Shown here: one piece after another, positions 26,375-35,542 of the stretch
Layout: each line of letters begins with the position of its first letter
Numbering within the stretch: position 1 is the stretch's first letter
Source: Candidatus Hermodarchaeota archaeon
GTDB lineage: Archaea; Asgardarchaeota; Thorarchaeia; Thorarchaeales; Thorarchaeaceae
DNA: 35,542 nucleotides
Direction of reading: 5' to 3'
NCBI GenBank assembly: GCA_048885865.1
Contig: JBHLLF010000026.1
Span: 1-35,542, forward strand
The notes under the pieces: model-generated
What the model was told of the DNA's origin: nothing
The model's database searches: none
Seen by the model: only the letters and a program-made list of their open reading frames with translations
Position numbers and translations under genes: made by a program

Positions 26375-28519
26375 ATGATGCAGGCGTTCTCAGACCCAAC
26401 TTTGAATATGCTTTTCATGATTTTGATAGTGGGAGGTTCATTTGTCTGTTGCATGAGTCGTCAGCGACGCGGAAGGAGCAGTGCTCCTGCTACGCCTGAA
26501 TCAGCTCCTGCAGCTGATGATGCAATAGCCAAAATGGAAAGGGAGAAACCTCCAATACCTACTCGGATCATTGATGATCCGGGCGCATTACAGACGATAA
26601 TCACACAGAGAACACCTGAAGGAGAAGCAATCGAGCCTGTTGGTCGAATTAGTGGATTTGGCGCATTGCTGGGCATGCTAGCCGCAGCAATAGCCATGAT
26701 TATGACTACAGGATATTCCCTTTTGCCAATTCCAACAATTCCCATTGAAGCTTTCCAAACTGACGCGTATCAGCTTGGGTCGACTTTGTTTGTGGGATTA
26801 CTTGTAGCTAGCTTATTGCTGCAGGCATATGGCTCCCGCAAACTTAGACTGAGGCTTGCGTCCAACTTTCCATACCTACTCTATATCTGTGCAATTACTG
26901 GATTATTGATTATTCTCAGTTTACGCACAGGTGCCCTTGACGCGGGATCGTATGAGTCACGACAAATCAGTTTCATGAACGGATTCGCCCCTCAATTTGC
27001 GATATTTGCAGTATTGTGGCAGCTTATCTCAGTCATGTATACGGATACTAGCAAGACATGGTTTGGCTTTCTTGCCGGATTAATGAATGCCTTCTTTATT
27101 CCTCTGCTTGCACTGGGTCAGGTAGTGGGCGGAGGATTAGTCTATATAGCCTACGCCATCCTACTAATCGGTCAACTAAGTACATTCCTATATTGGTGGT
27201 CGCCATTGGGCAGCATACGGGAATTTGCGAGGTCTCCAAGCAAAGCGAAACTCGCCTTTGGTATGAGCGGTTTCTTGACATTCCTAATAGGAACCGCCGC
27301 CGTGTTCATGGGGCCTTTGACCAACATTGGGACTGTGAATATTTGGAGGCCATGGAGTACCCTTGACCCTGCACAGAACTATATGTTTGTCACAAATCCT
27401 GCGCTTGTATTTGCGCTTTGCTCAGCAATGATATACTGGGTCATGCTAGCACCACGTCTAGGGGCAAAAGAGCTACAATTGGCGCACATTGGAGAGGATA
27501 TTGTCAAGGGTGCAGTCAAGTGGCTTATGATGATACTTGCAGCTCTTGGTGTCGTGGCAGCGGCTGGTGCTGGAGTAATGGTAGCTGGTGCAGAAGGCTT
27601 TGGACTCTGGCTATCAGTAGCACCCGCGGCAGTCATCTTCCTTATGGGAGCACTCTATGCTGCCACAACCGACGTTATCACAGGAATCCCACTTGCGATC
27701 ACATCTATCCTCCTAATGGTTCATCCATTCATACTTTCAGATTTCATTATAATCGGATGGATTGCGATTATCATCACACAAGGCCTAATCATGATTGAAA
27801 CAATTATACGGGGATTCACGAGCTTCTCACAAGGAGCACTGTCTGTTATACTGAGTATCGTAGCATCCATACTGTTTACGATGTTCATGCTTGGAGCTTT
27901 TGGTGCGGGCCCCGCTGCGATTTGGCCAACTAATCAATGGTTCAATATTCGGCTCTTTCCGGGAATCCCTGAAGCAATCCAATCTCCATTAGTTGTGGTG
28001 CTCCCAGCACTTGCACTTCTCATGCGCAATGTGTCACTTGCGGGCTATTCACATGGAAGGGGTTATACGGGTGGGCAAATGTTGATGGGCGTAAGTGTAC
28101 TCTTCGCACTTGTAATTCCGTTGATTGCGTTCAACGAGGGTATTGCTCATGTGGCGAGTACTGCTGCAGCGGTCTTGCTTGCCCTCTATGGAGTCAGTTT
28201 CGTGTTGGTGCTTTCCCTTAACATGAACCTCGCGGCTGAGGTGGAAGACACGGGACACACCTTTGAAGGTCAATTCATCAGGGTGTCGACTGTGATAGGA
28301 CTTGTATTCGGCGCAATTGTAGCTATTATAGTAATGTCAGTATTTACTGCGGCGTTTATCTCTGCTCTTGAGCTTGCATTCGCCATTAGGCTCCTTGTAA
28401 CATTAGTTGTAGGATTAGAGATTCTCTGTATCATCTCATGGCTAGTTGCAGGTGTAAGGCTAGGTATGTTGAGTGAGGGGTTCAGTTTCACAAGAGTCGA
28501 ACATTCGCTTAGAGATTGA
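26375..28519 (+). CDS. Large polytopic membrane protein of unknown function
   Basis: 714 aa; SD GTGAGG; roughly 18-20 hydrophobic segments; no family recognised. Confidence 0.75.
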   Translation: MMQAFSDPTLNMLFMILIVGGSFVCCMSRQRRGRSSAPATPESAPAADDAIAKMEREKPPIPTRIIDDPGALQTIITQRTPEGEAIEPVGRISGFGALLGMLAAAIAMIMTTGYSLLPIPTIPIEAFQTDAYQLGSTLFVGLLVASLLLQAYGSRKLRLRLASNFPYLLYICAITGLLIILSLRTGALDAGSYESRQISFMNGFAPQFAIFAVLWQLISVMYTDTSKTWFGFLAGLMNAFFIPLLALGQVVGGGLVYIAYAILLIGQLSTFLYWWSPLGSIREFARSPSKAKLAFGMSGFLTFLIGTAAVFMGPLTNIGTVNIWRPWSTLDPAQNYMFVTNPALVFALCSAMIYWVMLAPRLGAKELQLAHIGEDIVKGAVKWLMMILAALGVVAAAGAGVMVAGAEGFGLWLSVAPAAVIFLMGALYAATTDVITGIPLAITSILLMVHPFILSDFIIIGWIAIIITQGLIMIETIIRGFTSFSQGALSVILSIVASILFTMFMLGAFGAGPAAIWPTNQWFNIRLFPGIPEAIQSPLVVVLPALALLMRNVSLAGYSHGRGYTGGQMLMGVSVLFALVIPLIAFNEGIAHVASTAAAVLLALYGVSFVLVLSLNMNLAAEVEDTGHTFEGQFIRVSTVIGLVFGAIVAIIVMSVFTAAFISALELAFAIRLLVTLVVGLEILCIISWLVAGVRLGMLSEGFSFTRVEHSLRD

Positions 28520-28554
28520 AAACAGAATTGTATAGCTGCTATGAATTGGAAACC

Positions 28555-29256
28555 TCAAGATCGCAACCAATTGTCAACGACACGAACCCCTACTTCAGGA
28601 AAGTCAGTGATTATCCCATTGACGCCCCATTCCAGAATACGAAGCATTTCAAGTTCATCATCAACGCCCCATACATTGACTTTCAGCCCTTCTTCATGAG
28701 CTTGAATCAAAAGGTCTCTAGTGACGTCGGGCAGTACTGGATGAATTGCATCTGCAGCTGCGTCTAACGTGTGCTTTACCATTTCTTCCATTCCAAGTTG
28801 AAAGATAGCTCCAGTTTGTGCATCTCTGTTCAGTTCCTTAACTATCCCAATTGAAACAAGAAAGAATGACGAAATGATTGTCGAGTCCAACATTCCTCTT
28901 TCAACTACCAAATCCAAGACTTGCTCCTCGACGCCAATAGATTTCAGGTCGATATTAATTCCGATATTGCCCTGAATCAAATCAAACACCTCGTCGAGGA
29001 GAGGTACTTCTTGACCCTCCCCTGCGTCTAATGATTTGATCTCTTCTAGAGTTAGGTCTTCTATCATTCCAACACCATTAGTTGTGGATGACACATCAGG
29101 GTCATGAATACACACTAGGTGGCCATCTGCTGAACCCCACACATCCACCTCAATCATATCAACTCCAGCTTGCATAGCTATTTCATATGACCTGAGGGTA
29201 TTTTCAGGTGCGGCTTTCGGGGACCCTCGGTGCCCCATTACAAGAATCTCCCTCAT
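28555..29256 (-). CDS. Glycerophosphodiester phosphodiesterase (GDPD family)
   Basis: GHRG...APENT, IEVDV..SADG..VCIHD, VPLLDE, VNVWGVD, GVNGIITDFP. Confidence 0.93.
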   Translation of the reverse strand: MREILVMGHRGSPKAAPENTLRSYEIAMQAGVDMIEVDVWGSADGHLVCIHDPDVSSTTNGVGMIEDLTLEEIKSLDAGEGQEVPLLDEVFDLIQGNIGINIDLKSIGVEEQVLDLVVERGMLDSTIISSFFLVSIGIVKELNRDAQTGAIFQLGMEEMVKHTLDAAADAIHPVLPDVTRDLLIQAHEEGLKVNVWGVDDELEMLRILEWGVNGIITDFPEVGVRVVDNWLRS

Positions 29257-29299
29257 GTTTTATTAGCCTCCATTGTTCATGATGTCGGTCCCTGAGGAT

Positions 29300-29596
29300 T
29301 TAGTCATCCCGACGGGCTAGTCCAGTACCACCACACCTTGGACAGATTTCTTCTTCATCTTCTGAGCCAATCTTTCCCTTTCCTCTGCAGTAATAGCAGT
29401 CGTCTCTCGGCATTTCAATGGAAGCATCAATCTCCTTTGCCAGAGCTGTCCCCATCCCAATTAGCACAACACCGATGAATAGACTAACAAGCGCAATGAA
29501 ATAGAGGTCAGCAAAGTATAGGAGCAACACTAATGAAACAGCAAATATCAGAATGCCAGTTACCGCAAGTAGTAGACCTCTCTTCTTTCGCTCCAT
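29300..29596 (-). CDS. Small two-TM membrane protein with a DnaJ-type zinc finger
   Basis: MERKKRG, two TMs, then CYYCRGKG and CPRCGGTG. Confidence 0.75.
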   Translation of the reverse strand: MERKKRGLLLAVTGILIFAVSLVLLLYFADLYFIALVSLFIGVVLIGMGTALAKEIDASIEMPRDDCYYCRGKGKIGSEDEEEICPRCGGTGLARRDD

Positions 29597-29733
29597 TTGA
29601 AACACCCAAGCTGATGTTGCAGGCCTCATAATGCGGGCGGTAGGTCCTCTTTATACATTGTGGCTTAATTCAGTAGGCATGGACAAGAGATAATAGCCCT
29701 GACGGAGTGTATTTCCAGCTAGCGTGATTTGGC

Positions 29734-30648
29734 ATGTCGAGAGCAGACCTATTTGCGAGATACACTCAGCTTTACCAAAAGACACGGGCCAGAGAGATAG
29801 TTCCGGAAGGCTCCTTTGTAAGACAGCTGAGTGATATAACACGCCAGGGCCTTGATATAGGCATCTTCTTCAAATCCACACGAAAGAAGCCAGTTCAGGT
29901 GTTTCTGGGAAATCCCATCCCATTCGAAGTTGCGAAAGAAGAGGGTTTCCTTGAAACAGAAGACGAGACCTTTCTATGCCGAACGATTCTAACAGACATT
30001 AGATCTCTCGAATACCTGAAGGTTGCCATTTCTGCTGGCTTTCTCCTAGATGCATATCAGGAGAGAGTGGACTTCCTAAAGAAGTGCCAACGAATAGTCG
30101 ATGTGCTAGTTCGAAAGGCAAGAAATGTAGTCCATATGGGCGACTTCACACCTTTCCAATTTGACAATAGAGTAAGCACACTCAATGACTTTCTCAAGAA
30201 GACACTCAAAATGGATGATGTATCTGTCGAAGCTGCATCAATCGCGTTTCATGTTGCAGATCCCCTTTATATCACTCTGACAGGGAATGACATTATTGTC
30301 ATGGGTGATGAGAGTGCAGTTCCTCATGGAGTATTCTATTTCGTTGGAGGGATAGGTTATACATTTGACAAAACACTCGGAGCTGTTAGTGAAGAACGAC
30401 TCTTCAGAACAACTGAAGACCTTTCATCATTCGGAATTGACAAAGCCTACATAGAGACTAAGATCTCACAAGTGACAGAGGACTTTCAGAACAATCTTCA
30501 CTCACTGATATTCTCAGACGTGTGGAAGAAGAGCCCTGCAAAACCACTGAGTGTAAACTTTGGCGGTGATATCCTCATCAGGGCAGAGCCTACAAGTGAG
30601 ATATGGATGGGCGTCTTTGAGGTCTATCTGAAATCGCCAAAGACATAG
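29734..30648 (+). CDS. Hypothetical soluble protein
   Basis: 304-aa ORF with normal composition; no recognisable motif. Confidence 0.7.
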   Translation: MSRADLFARYTQLYQKTRAREIVPEGSFVRQLSDITRQGLDIGIFFKSTRKKPVQVFLGNPIPFEVAKEEGFLETEDETFLCRTILTDIRSLEYLKVAISAGFLLDAYQERVDFLKKCQRIVDVLVRKARNVVHMGDFTPFQFDNRVSTLNDFLKKTLKMDDVSVEAASIAFHVADPLYITLTGNDIIVMGDESAVPHGVFYFVGGIGYTFDKTLGAVSEERLFRTTEDLSSFGIDKAYIETKISQVTEDFQNNLHSLIFSDVWKKSPAKPLSVNFGGDILIRAEPTSEIWMGVFEVYLKSPKT

Positions 30649-30861
30649 GAAAGGTGACTCCTAGTCGGGGAAGGATGAGGAGGCTAGGCCTAAGATTAGA
30701 ACTCCGTAGTTGGCTCATTCACTTCGAGATGTAATTGACGGTGATGCCTGAACTAGAGAGGACTGTTAGTGTCAAAAGAGAGAAGACTCAGGCGATCAAA
30801 ATGATGAATGCTGTCTTTGAGGGGTGATGAATTCCAAGAAGCGGCTATTTTCTTTGAGAGA

Positions 30862-30887
30862 AGCTTCGAAAACCTTATGTCGAAGCT
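30862..30887. promoter_or_regulatory. Palindromic operator candidate
   Basis: AGCTTCGA-N10-TCGAAGCT perfect inverted repeat; the spacer AAACCTTATG is BRE/TATA-like. Confidence 0.5.
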
Positions 30888-31020
30888 AAGGGGCTAGTTT
30901 AAGCTAACGTGTTGCCATATCAATGACACATCTTCATGATTCTCTCAGATGAGAGAGCGCAACGATTTCTTGGATTTCAGCACCTCTTTACGAGAGCAAA
31001 TGGAGTGCGATGTGAAAAAT

Positions 31021-31344
31021 ATGCCGTACATTGTTACACATTCATGGTACCCAACTCATAAGATACCTGAAGTAGTTAAGAGATATTTCGAGGTGATCGA
31101 GAAATTCCCACATGATGAAAAGCTGAGTGAACTAGTCGTACCTGTATCGGTCAAGGCCACTGAACGCGGAATCGCTTCAATAGGCATAGAACTGGCAAAA
31201 GATGGGAAACTGGAAGAAGCCTTTGCACGAAGGACACAAGCTATGATTATGTACCACGATATCGAAGGGTACGAGTATTCTGTAGAAATACAGAATACAG
31301 TAGGTGAAGCTCTAGCTCTTGTCGGAATGGGCAAACCAGATTGA
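31021..31344 (+). CDS. Small hypothetical protein, probable alpha/beta-sandwich fold
   Basis: MPYIVTHSWYP...GYEYSVEIQNTVGEALALVG; start moved to ATG 31021; followed by a terminator-like hairpin. Confidence 0.72.
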   Translation: MPYIVTHSWYPTHKIPEVVKRYFEVIEKFPHDEKLSELVVPVSVKATERGIASIGIELAKDGKLEEAFARRTQAMIMYHDIEGYEYSVEIQNTVGEALALVGMGKPD

Positions 31345-31347
31345 AAT

Positions 31348-31393
31348 AGCTCGAGGAGGAGTTACTTTCTCGTAGCTCTTCCCTTCCTTTTTC
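31348..31393 (+). terminator. Hairpin plus pyrimidine tract terminator
   Basis: AGCTCGAGGAG...CTTTCTCGTAGCT imperfect stem followed by CTTCCCTTCCTTTTT, directly after the stop at 31344. Confidence 0.5.
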
Positions 31394-31499
31394 GGATAAG
31401 TTTACACACCGACTCCAGTTTCTTCGAGATAGTAAGAATAGAACCAACAATCTCGGACTCTGTCGAACAATGATCAACTACTACCATGATTCCAATTTC

Positions 31500-33089
31500 T
31501 CAAATCATGATTGGATCGAATGAATCTATGGCAATAAACACAGCTCGGAATGCATAGACCCTGAATGTGTAAGTGACTCCAACCTGTGAGATTTCCTCAG
31601 TAGATGTCATTAGATTCTCTAAGGCGTTCGTGCCAAATGCCGCAAGTAGATGAGGAAGTGATTCAAAAGTCAAGGAGTTTACTCCATTTCCTTCAGCAAT
31701 AATCAAGTCTGAAGCTATGCTCTCTAGGGAGTTGTACACTTCGTTTCGTCTTGATTTAGTGTCAGACATATTACCAGCGACACCAAGCCGCATTGACCAA
31801 GCTGGCCCATATTGCGAAACCGTCCTAGAAAATGAGTGAGTCAGATATTCTCCAACATCGCCATTCATCTCGTATGAGAATCCTGATCGAGAACAGTCGA
31901 CTTGAACCTTATCCCATTGAGTGAGTGTCTGTACAGTCTGGCCACAAACCTTCATTGCTACAGTATCCGCGTCCTGCAAGTCATCAAGAATGAAAGATTC
32001 AACCAATACACCGGTGCTCAAGTCCAATGAATCAGATTCGCTTGCAAGGAGGGCGGCGCTCGTTTCCAATGCACTCGAATCGATTGAATCAATTGAGGAC
32101 CGAATGAGAGCTGAGAATCCAGGTAAATCAAGAGTCCTGGTTCGTGCCAAAAGAATCTGCCACTCTGGCGCTGACAAGGTCATATCGAAGTAGATGCAGT
32201 CGGGCATTTGGGTCATGTTGAGTGTTTCCAACTCAGAATCGACCTGTTGCAGTGAATTGAGGTGGCTTTGATATACTTCCTGAATCACAGATGTTGTGCC
32301 AAGAGAGTTTGGAACGCCATCAAAGAATGAAGCCCTGGGGGAAGTCATTGTCACAGTATACTGCACTGCCGAATCATTGAGCACGTTTAGCCAGTTTCTC
32401 AAACGATTCATTGATTCCGTATTGCCCTCTAGCAAGTGAAGATCCACTCCAACACCAAAAGAACTAAGATTCTGAACGAGAGAATCACTAGGCGATATAT
32501 CCATGTACCCAAAATCAAAATCAGCTAGAGGGACTTCAAGTTTTAGATTCATCTCGCCTACGGGTTCTATCAATGCAATAGGTGTTTGACCCAGTGCAAG
32601 CGTCGTTATGGGAAAACTCAATCCTATTATGTTGAGGATAATCATTGAGACGCAAGTCTTCCTTCCGATTTGCCGAATCTTGGTTTTAATACGAAAGCGG
32701 CCCATCACGAAGATGATGCACAAGGTTGCAGCATTCAGAATTAGGAAGATTACGAAACCATGAACCAGAAGCGAAAGCACTCCAAAGAATCCGGATGCAA
32801 TAAGCAGGATGATGAAATTAATGGCCGCAAATCTATCGCTATAATATGCTCTTACCATAAGTGGCAAAATAACCATTAGCGGTAGTATATAGAGAACAAT
32901 CGGCAAAGAGTCAAGGAATCCGATACCAGCCATGGTCATGCGAATCGTCACTGATAGCATAGTATAGAGAATCAAAGAGATATTGAGGACTAGAACTCCC
33001 GTCGCATAGAGATGCAGCCAAAAATCCAGCTTCTCATTCGATTTGATATTTGCTCTTAATGCCCTTCGTCTACTAATGAATCCGCTCAT
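31500..33089 (-). CDS. Membrane protein with about 5 N-terminal TMs and a large soluble domain
   Basis: The first ~165 aa are hydrophobic, followed by an acidic alpha/beta domain; SD GAGG upstream. Confidence 0.72.
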   Translation of the reverse strand: MSGFISRRRALRANIKSNEKLDFWLHLYATGVLVLNISLILYTMLSVTIRMTMAGIGFLDSLPIVLYILPLMVILPLMVRAYYSDRFAAINFIILLIASGFFGVLSLLVHGFVIFLILNAATLCIIFVMGRFRIKTKIRQIGRKTCVSMIILNIIGLSFPITTLALGQTPIALIEPVGEMNLKLEVPLADFDFGYMDISPSDSLVQNLSSFGVGVDLHLLEGNTESMNRLRNWLNVLNDSAVQYTVTMTSPRASFFDGVPNSLGTTSVIQEVYQSHLNSLQQVDSELETLNMTQMPDCIYFDMTLSAPEWQILLARTRTLDLPGFSALIRSSIDSIDSSALETSAALLASESDSLDLSTGVLVESFILDDLQDADTVAMKVCGQTVQTLTQWDKVQVDCSRSGFSYEMNGDVGEYLTHSFSRTVSQYGPAWSMRLGVAGNMSDTKSRRNEVYNSLESIASDLIIAEGNGVNSLTFESLPHLLAAFGTNALENLMTSTEEISQVGVTYTFRVYAFRAVFIAIDSFDPIMI

Positions 33090-33188
33090 TAATCGTCCTC
33101 TGTGGATGCGTCATCAGGCACATAAACCTTCATGCTGAAGCGCAAGGCAAAATAGGCTGCTAGATGCCGAACTATCTAGGTTTCTGAT

Positions 33189-34385
33189 GTGTATGATGTA
33201 GCAGTGATAGGAGCTGGCCCTGGCGGATCAACAACGGGCAGATATCTTGCGAAGCAGGGGTTTGATGTTTGTCTAATTGATAAGGACAGGTTTCCGAGAG
33301 ACAAACCTTGTGGAGGAGGTTTCTCGACTCACCTGATTAGTGAATTCCCCTATCTCAAGAAAAGGCAAAAAGAATTCCTCAAAGGAGTCTGTCATGTGGG
33401 TGTGCTACACTCTCCTAACCGGACGAGAGTTATGCGCGGCTGTATTGATATGGCAGTTGCTCTTAGAACTGATTTTGATAGCGCTTTGCTAGAGTCTGCC
33501 CTAGATGCTGGTGCTTCTTCCATAATAGGACATAGAGCAAAGTCGATTAGCGTTTCAAACAACTCTGCTACAGTTTCGCTTGACAATGGAAGAGATATCT
33601 CTACAAAGGTGATAGTAGGCGCAGACGGCGTTACCAGCATGGTTGCAAGATCAACCGGATTAAACACCAAGTGGTCATCAAAGGATGTAACGGCCTGCAG
33701 GGTTGCAGAGGTACCGGTCGATCCAGATACTGTAGAAGAGTTATACACTGCAGACAGGGAATACCACTTCTTTGCAAATTTGGGGGGATTGCCGGGATAC
33801 GGCTGGATTTTCCCCAAATTTGAAACCATAAATGTCGGTCTGGGGATTGTTGCAGATCATGCCAAGGGGCTTCCCGGGCAGTTTCATTCTTTCACCAAAT
33901 TCCTAATGAAAAAGGGATATCTGAATGAAGATGCTGACTTGAGAAATGCGAAAGGCGCTCTGCTTCCCACTGGGGGGACCATTTCGAAGTCTTATGCGAA
34001 GAGATGCCTGCTTGTTGGTGACTCTGCAGGTATGGTGAACCCAATCACTGGAGGGGGAATAGAATATGCCATGAAAGCGGGAAAGCTCGCAGCGGTTGTC
34101 TTGGGGAAGTGTCTTAATGATGACATGGCTGATGAAGCCAGTCTGAGCACCTACCAAAAGATGTGGATGCAACTCTTTGGGAATGAGATAAAATCGCAGC
34201 TTCTTGTGCAAAGGATTTTCACAGGCTCCTTTGCCAATGTCCTGTTCGAGATTGGTTCTCGAGATATCGTCCTACAAGAAACTGTTTCCGAATTGATGTC
34301 TGAGGCATCGCAAGGAAGAAATGATGTCACCAAGCTTTTTGGACGCTTCCTCTATGTTTGCTTAAAAGAGGCTCTATCACGTTGA
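33189..34385 (+). CDS. Geranylgeranyl reductase family FAD-dependent oxidoreductase
   Basis: GAGPGGS, FPRDKPCGGG, R..FD..L, VGADG, PGYGWIFPK, LVGDSAGMVNPITGGGI. Confidence 0.92.
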   Translation: MYDVAVIGAGPGGSTTGRYLAKQGFDVCLIDKDRFPRDKPCGGGFSTHLISEFPYLKKRQKEFLKGVCHVGVLHSPNRTRVMRGCIDMAVALRTDFDSALLESALDAGASSIIGHRAKSISVSNNSATVSLDNGRDISTKVIVGADGVTSMVARSTGLNTKWSSKDVTACRVAEVPVDPDTVEELYTADREYHFFANLGGLPGYGWIFPKFETINVGLGIVADHAKGLPGQFHSFTKFLMKKGYLNEDADLRNAKGALLPTGGTISKSYAKRCLLVGDSAGMVNPITGGGIEYAMKAGKLAAVVLGKCLNDDMADEASLSTYQKMWMQLFGNEIKSQLLVQRIFTGSFANVLFEIGSRDIVLQETVSELMSEASQGRNDVTKLFGRFLYVCLKEALSR

Positions 34386-34420
34386 CTAACAGGGATTTAG
34401 CTTGGTGGATTTTACCGCAG

Positions 34421-34452
34421 ATTGCCGCATCCGTGAGGACATTTGCGGCAAT
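34421..34452. terminator. Stem-loop between convergent genes (possible bidirectional terminator)
   Basis: ATTGCCGCA-TCCGTGAGGACATT-TGCGGCAAT: perfect 9-bp outer stem with an inner TCC-GTGA-GGA hairpin. Confidence 0.55.
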
Positions 34453-34459
34453 AGCTCTC

Positions 34460-35002
34460 TCAGTCAATCTCGAGGTTCTCAATAAGAGACTGGACTTCAG
34501 GACGACCAAGAAGTTTTCTCCTGGTTTCTGATAAATTATTGATTACGCATACTATGCCTACCACTGTTGCACCCAGTTTCTCTATTGCCTTCTTTACAGC
34601 TAGAACAGTAGTCCCATGTATCAGCCAGTCATCAACGATGGCTATTCTATCCCCTTGGTCGATAGAATCCGACACAAGAGCGAGTCGACCATCTGTGAAT
34701 CTGGTTGTTGGCAAAAGCTCCAAGGGACGTTTGTAATCATCTGGCAAATAGGCTATTGATCTTACAGGGACGATGCCGCAACCTAAGTAGTATGCAATCG
34801 CACTTCCCAGGGCAAGCCCTCTTAGGTCTATGCCAATGACCTTGTTTGGCTTAACCTCTGTCAGGGGTCTTGCGAGTCTGTCTACAGCCTCGTTAAAGAT
34901 TGTTGGATTCTCAAGCAGTCTACTGATATCAATGACAGCTTGTCCCTCGTTAGGCCAGTCTTTAATGACATCTACGTAGTCGCGAAAGTCCACATCTGTC
35001 AT
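34460..35002 (-). CDS. Divergent adenine phosphoribosyltransferase-like (type I PRTase) protein
   Basis: KDWPNEG...DISRLL, GIDLRG, AIVDDWLIHGTT PRPP-loop variant; SD GAGGTG. Confidence 0.8.
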   Translation of the reverse strand: MTDVDFRDYVDVIKDWPNEGQAVIDISRLLENPTIFNEAVDRLARPLTEVKPNKVIGIDLRGLALGSAIAYYLGCGIVPVRSIAYLPDDYKRPLELLPTTRFTDGRLALVSDSIDQGDRIAIVDDWLIHGTTVLAVKKAIEKLGATVVGIVCVINNLSETRRKLLGRPEVQSLIENLEID

Positions 35003-35123
35003 CCTGACACCTCAAGGCAATCACATTCCAAGGTAGTCATAATTCTTTCTGTATCAAGAACATGTGATTGCGTAGATTGCTTCATTGGTAGACCTTTAAA
35101 TAAGACTCTCCTCTGCATAGTCC

Positions 35124-35276
35124 ATGGATTATCCTTCCGACGAAACCGTCACATCACTGACAGACCTCATTGTTCAACAGATTAGGCAGATGGCTGAGAA
35201 GTCCAGTGAAGAAGAGAAAAAGAACATGAGGAGAAACTTGGGTTTGGAATGCCAGTGTGATAGGAAAAAGGCATGA
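35124..35276 (+). CDS. Small helical protein (50 aa), not in the ORF track
   Basis: Manual translation MDYPSDETVTSLTDLIVQQIRQMAEKSSEEEKKNMRRNLGLECQCDRKKA*; TTTAAATA at 35095-35102. Confidence 0.55.
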   Translation: MDYPSDETVTSLTDLIVQQIRQMAEKSSEEEKKNMRRNLGLECQCDRKKA

Positions 35277-35357
35277 TTCTATCACAAAGTCGGAGAAACA
35301 GTTAAGAAACAAATCTGGCAGTCGAATCACATCCGGCTGTTTGGAGTGTAAGAGTAG

Positions 35358-35542
35358 CTGATAGTACCAGGAACTACCATTGGCGTGTCGCTTATTCCAG
35401 GCTATATTGAGATAAGAGACAAAGGTGTTGTCAAAAAGAAGATACCAACAAAGCATAGATCATTTGAGAGCGTGCTTGAAGAGGTTGAAATGTTCTTCCG
35501 CGTGCGAAGGAAGATTCTAGCACCTGGAATCCTGCGTGATGT
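35358..35542 (+). CDS. 5' part of a hypothetical protein (runs off the right edge; start uncertain)
   Basis: Open frame after TAG 35355-35357 through to the window end (...VSLIPGYIEIRDKGVVKKKIPTKHRSFESVLEEVEMFFRV...). Start is either CTG 35358 or GTG 35385. Confidence 0.45.
   Translation, partial: MIVPGTTIGVSLIPGYIEIRDKGVVKKKIPTKHRSFESVLEEVEMFFRVRRKILAPGILRD

Noticed and set aside
30744-30827. 27-codon ORF as a stand-alone CDS feature
   Set aside because: Too short and lacks supporting motifs; mentioned only within the intergenic finding.
6-35456. Many short ORFs in the track overlapping long genes (e.g. 6667..7137, 13198..13704, 14000..14446, 17290..17673, 33392..33829, 35154..35456)
   Set aside because: They are antisense or out-of-frame shadows of better-supported genes and have no motifs or start signals.
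1-35542. CRISPR arrays, tRNA or rRNA genes
   Set aside because: No regularly spaced direct repeats or recognisable structural RNA genes seen by eye; a tRNAscan-SE or Infernal run would be needed to exclude them formally.

Overview
Gene-dense archaeal chromosomal segment with no rRNA, tRNA, CRISPR or transposase recognised. The content (mtd, FrhB-family protein, tungsten AOR, two longin-like eukaryotic-signature proteins, Ig-repeat surface proteins, TATA/SD signals) suggests Asgard archaea, probably Thorarchaeia (inference). Main points of interest: (1) a stand-alone, overlapping NurA-like nuclease (with a winged-helix insertion) and HerA ATPase pair, without mre11/rad50 nearby, lying between two paralogous MFS genes; (2) an 18-23.6 kb cluster with a longin/uDENN + multi-zinc-ribbon protein, an MFS-like membrane protein fused to a HhH domain, a longin + winged-helix protein resembling NPRL2, and an atypical MinD/ParA ATPase; (3) a glycogen-debranching-enzyme homolog that appears to have lost its catalytic residues; (4) several small ORFs missing from the ORF track. 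All family calls come from motif recognition by eye; no database search was run.
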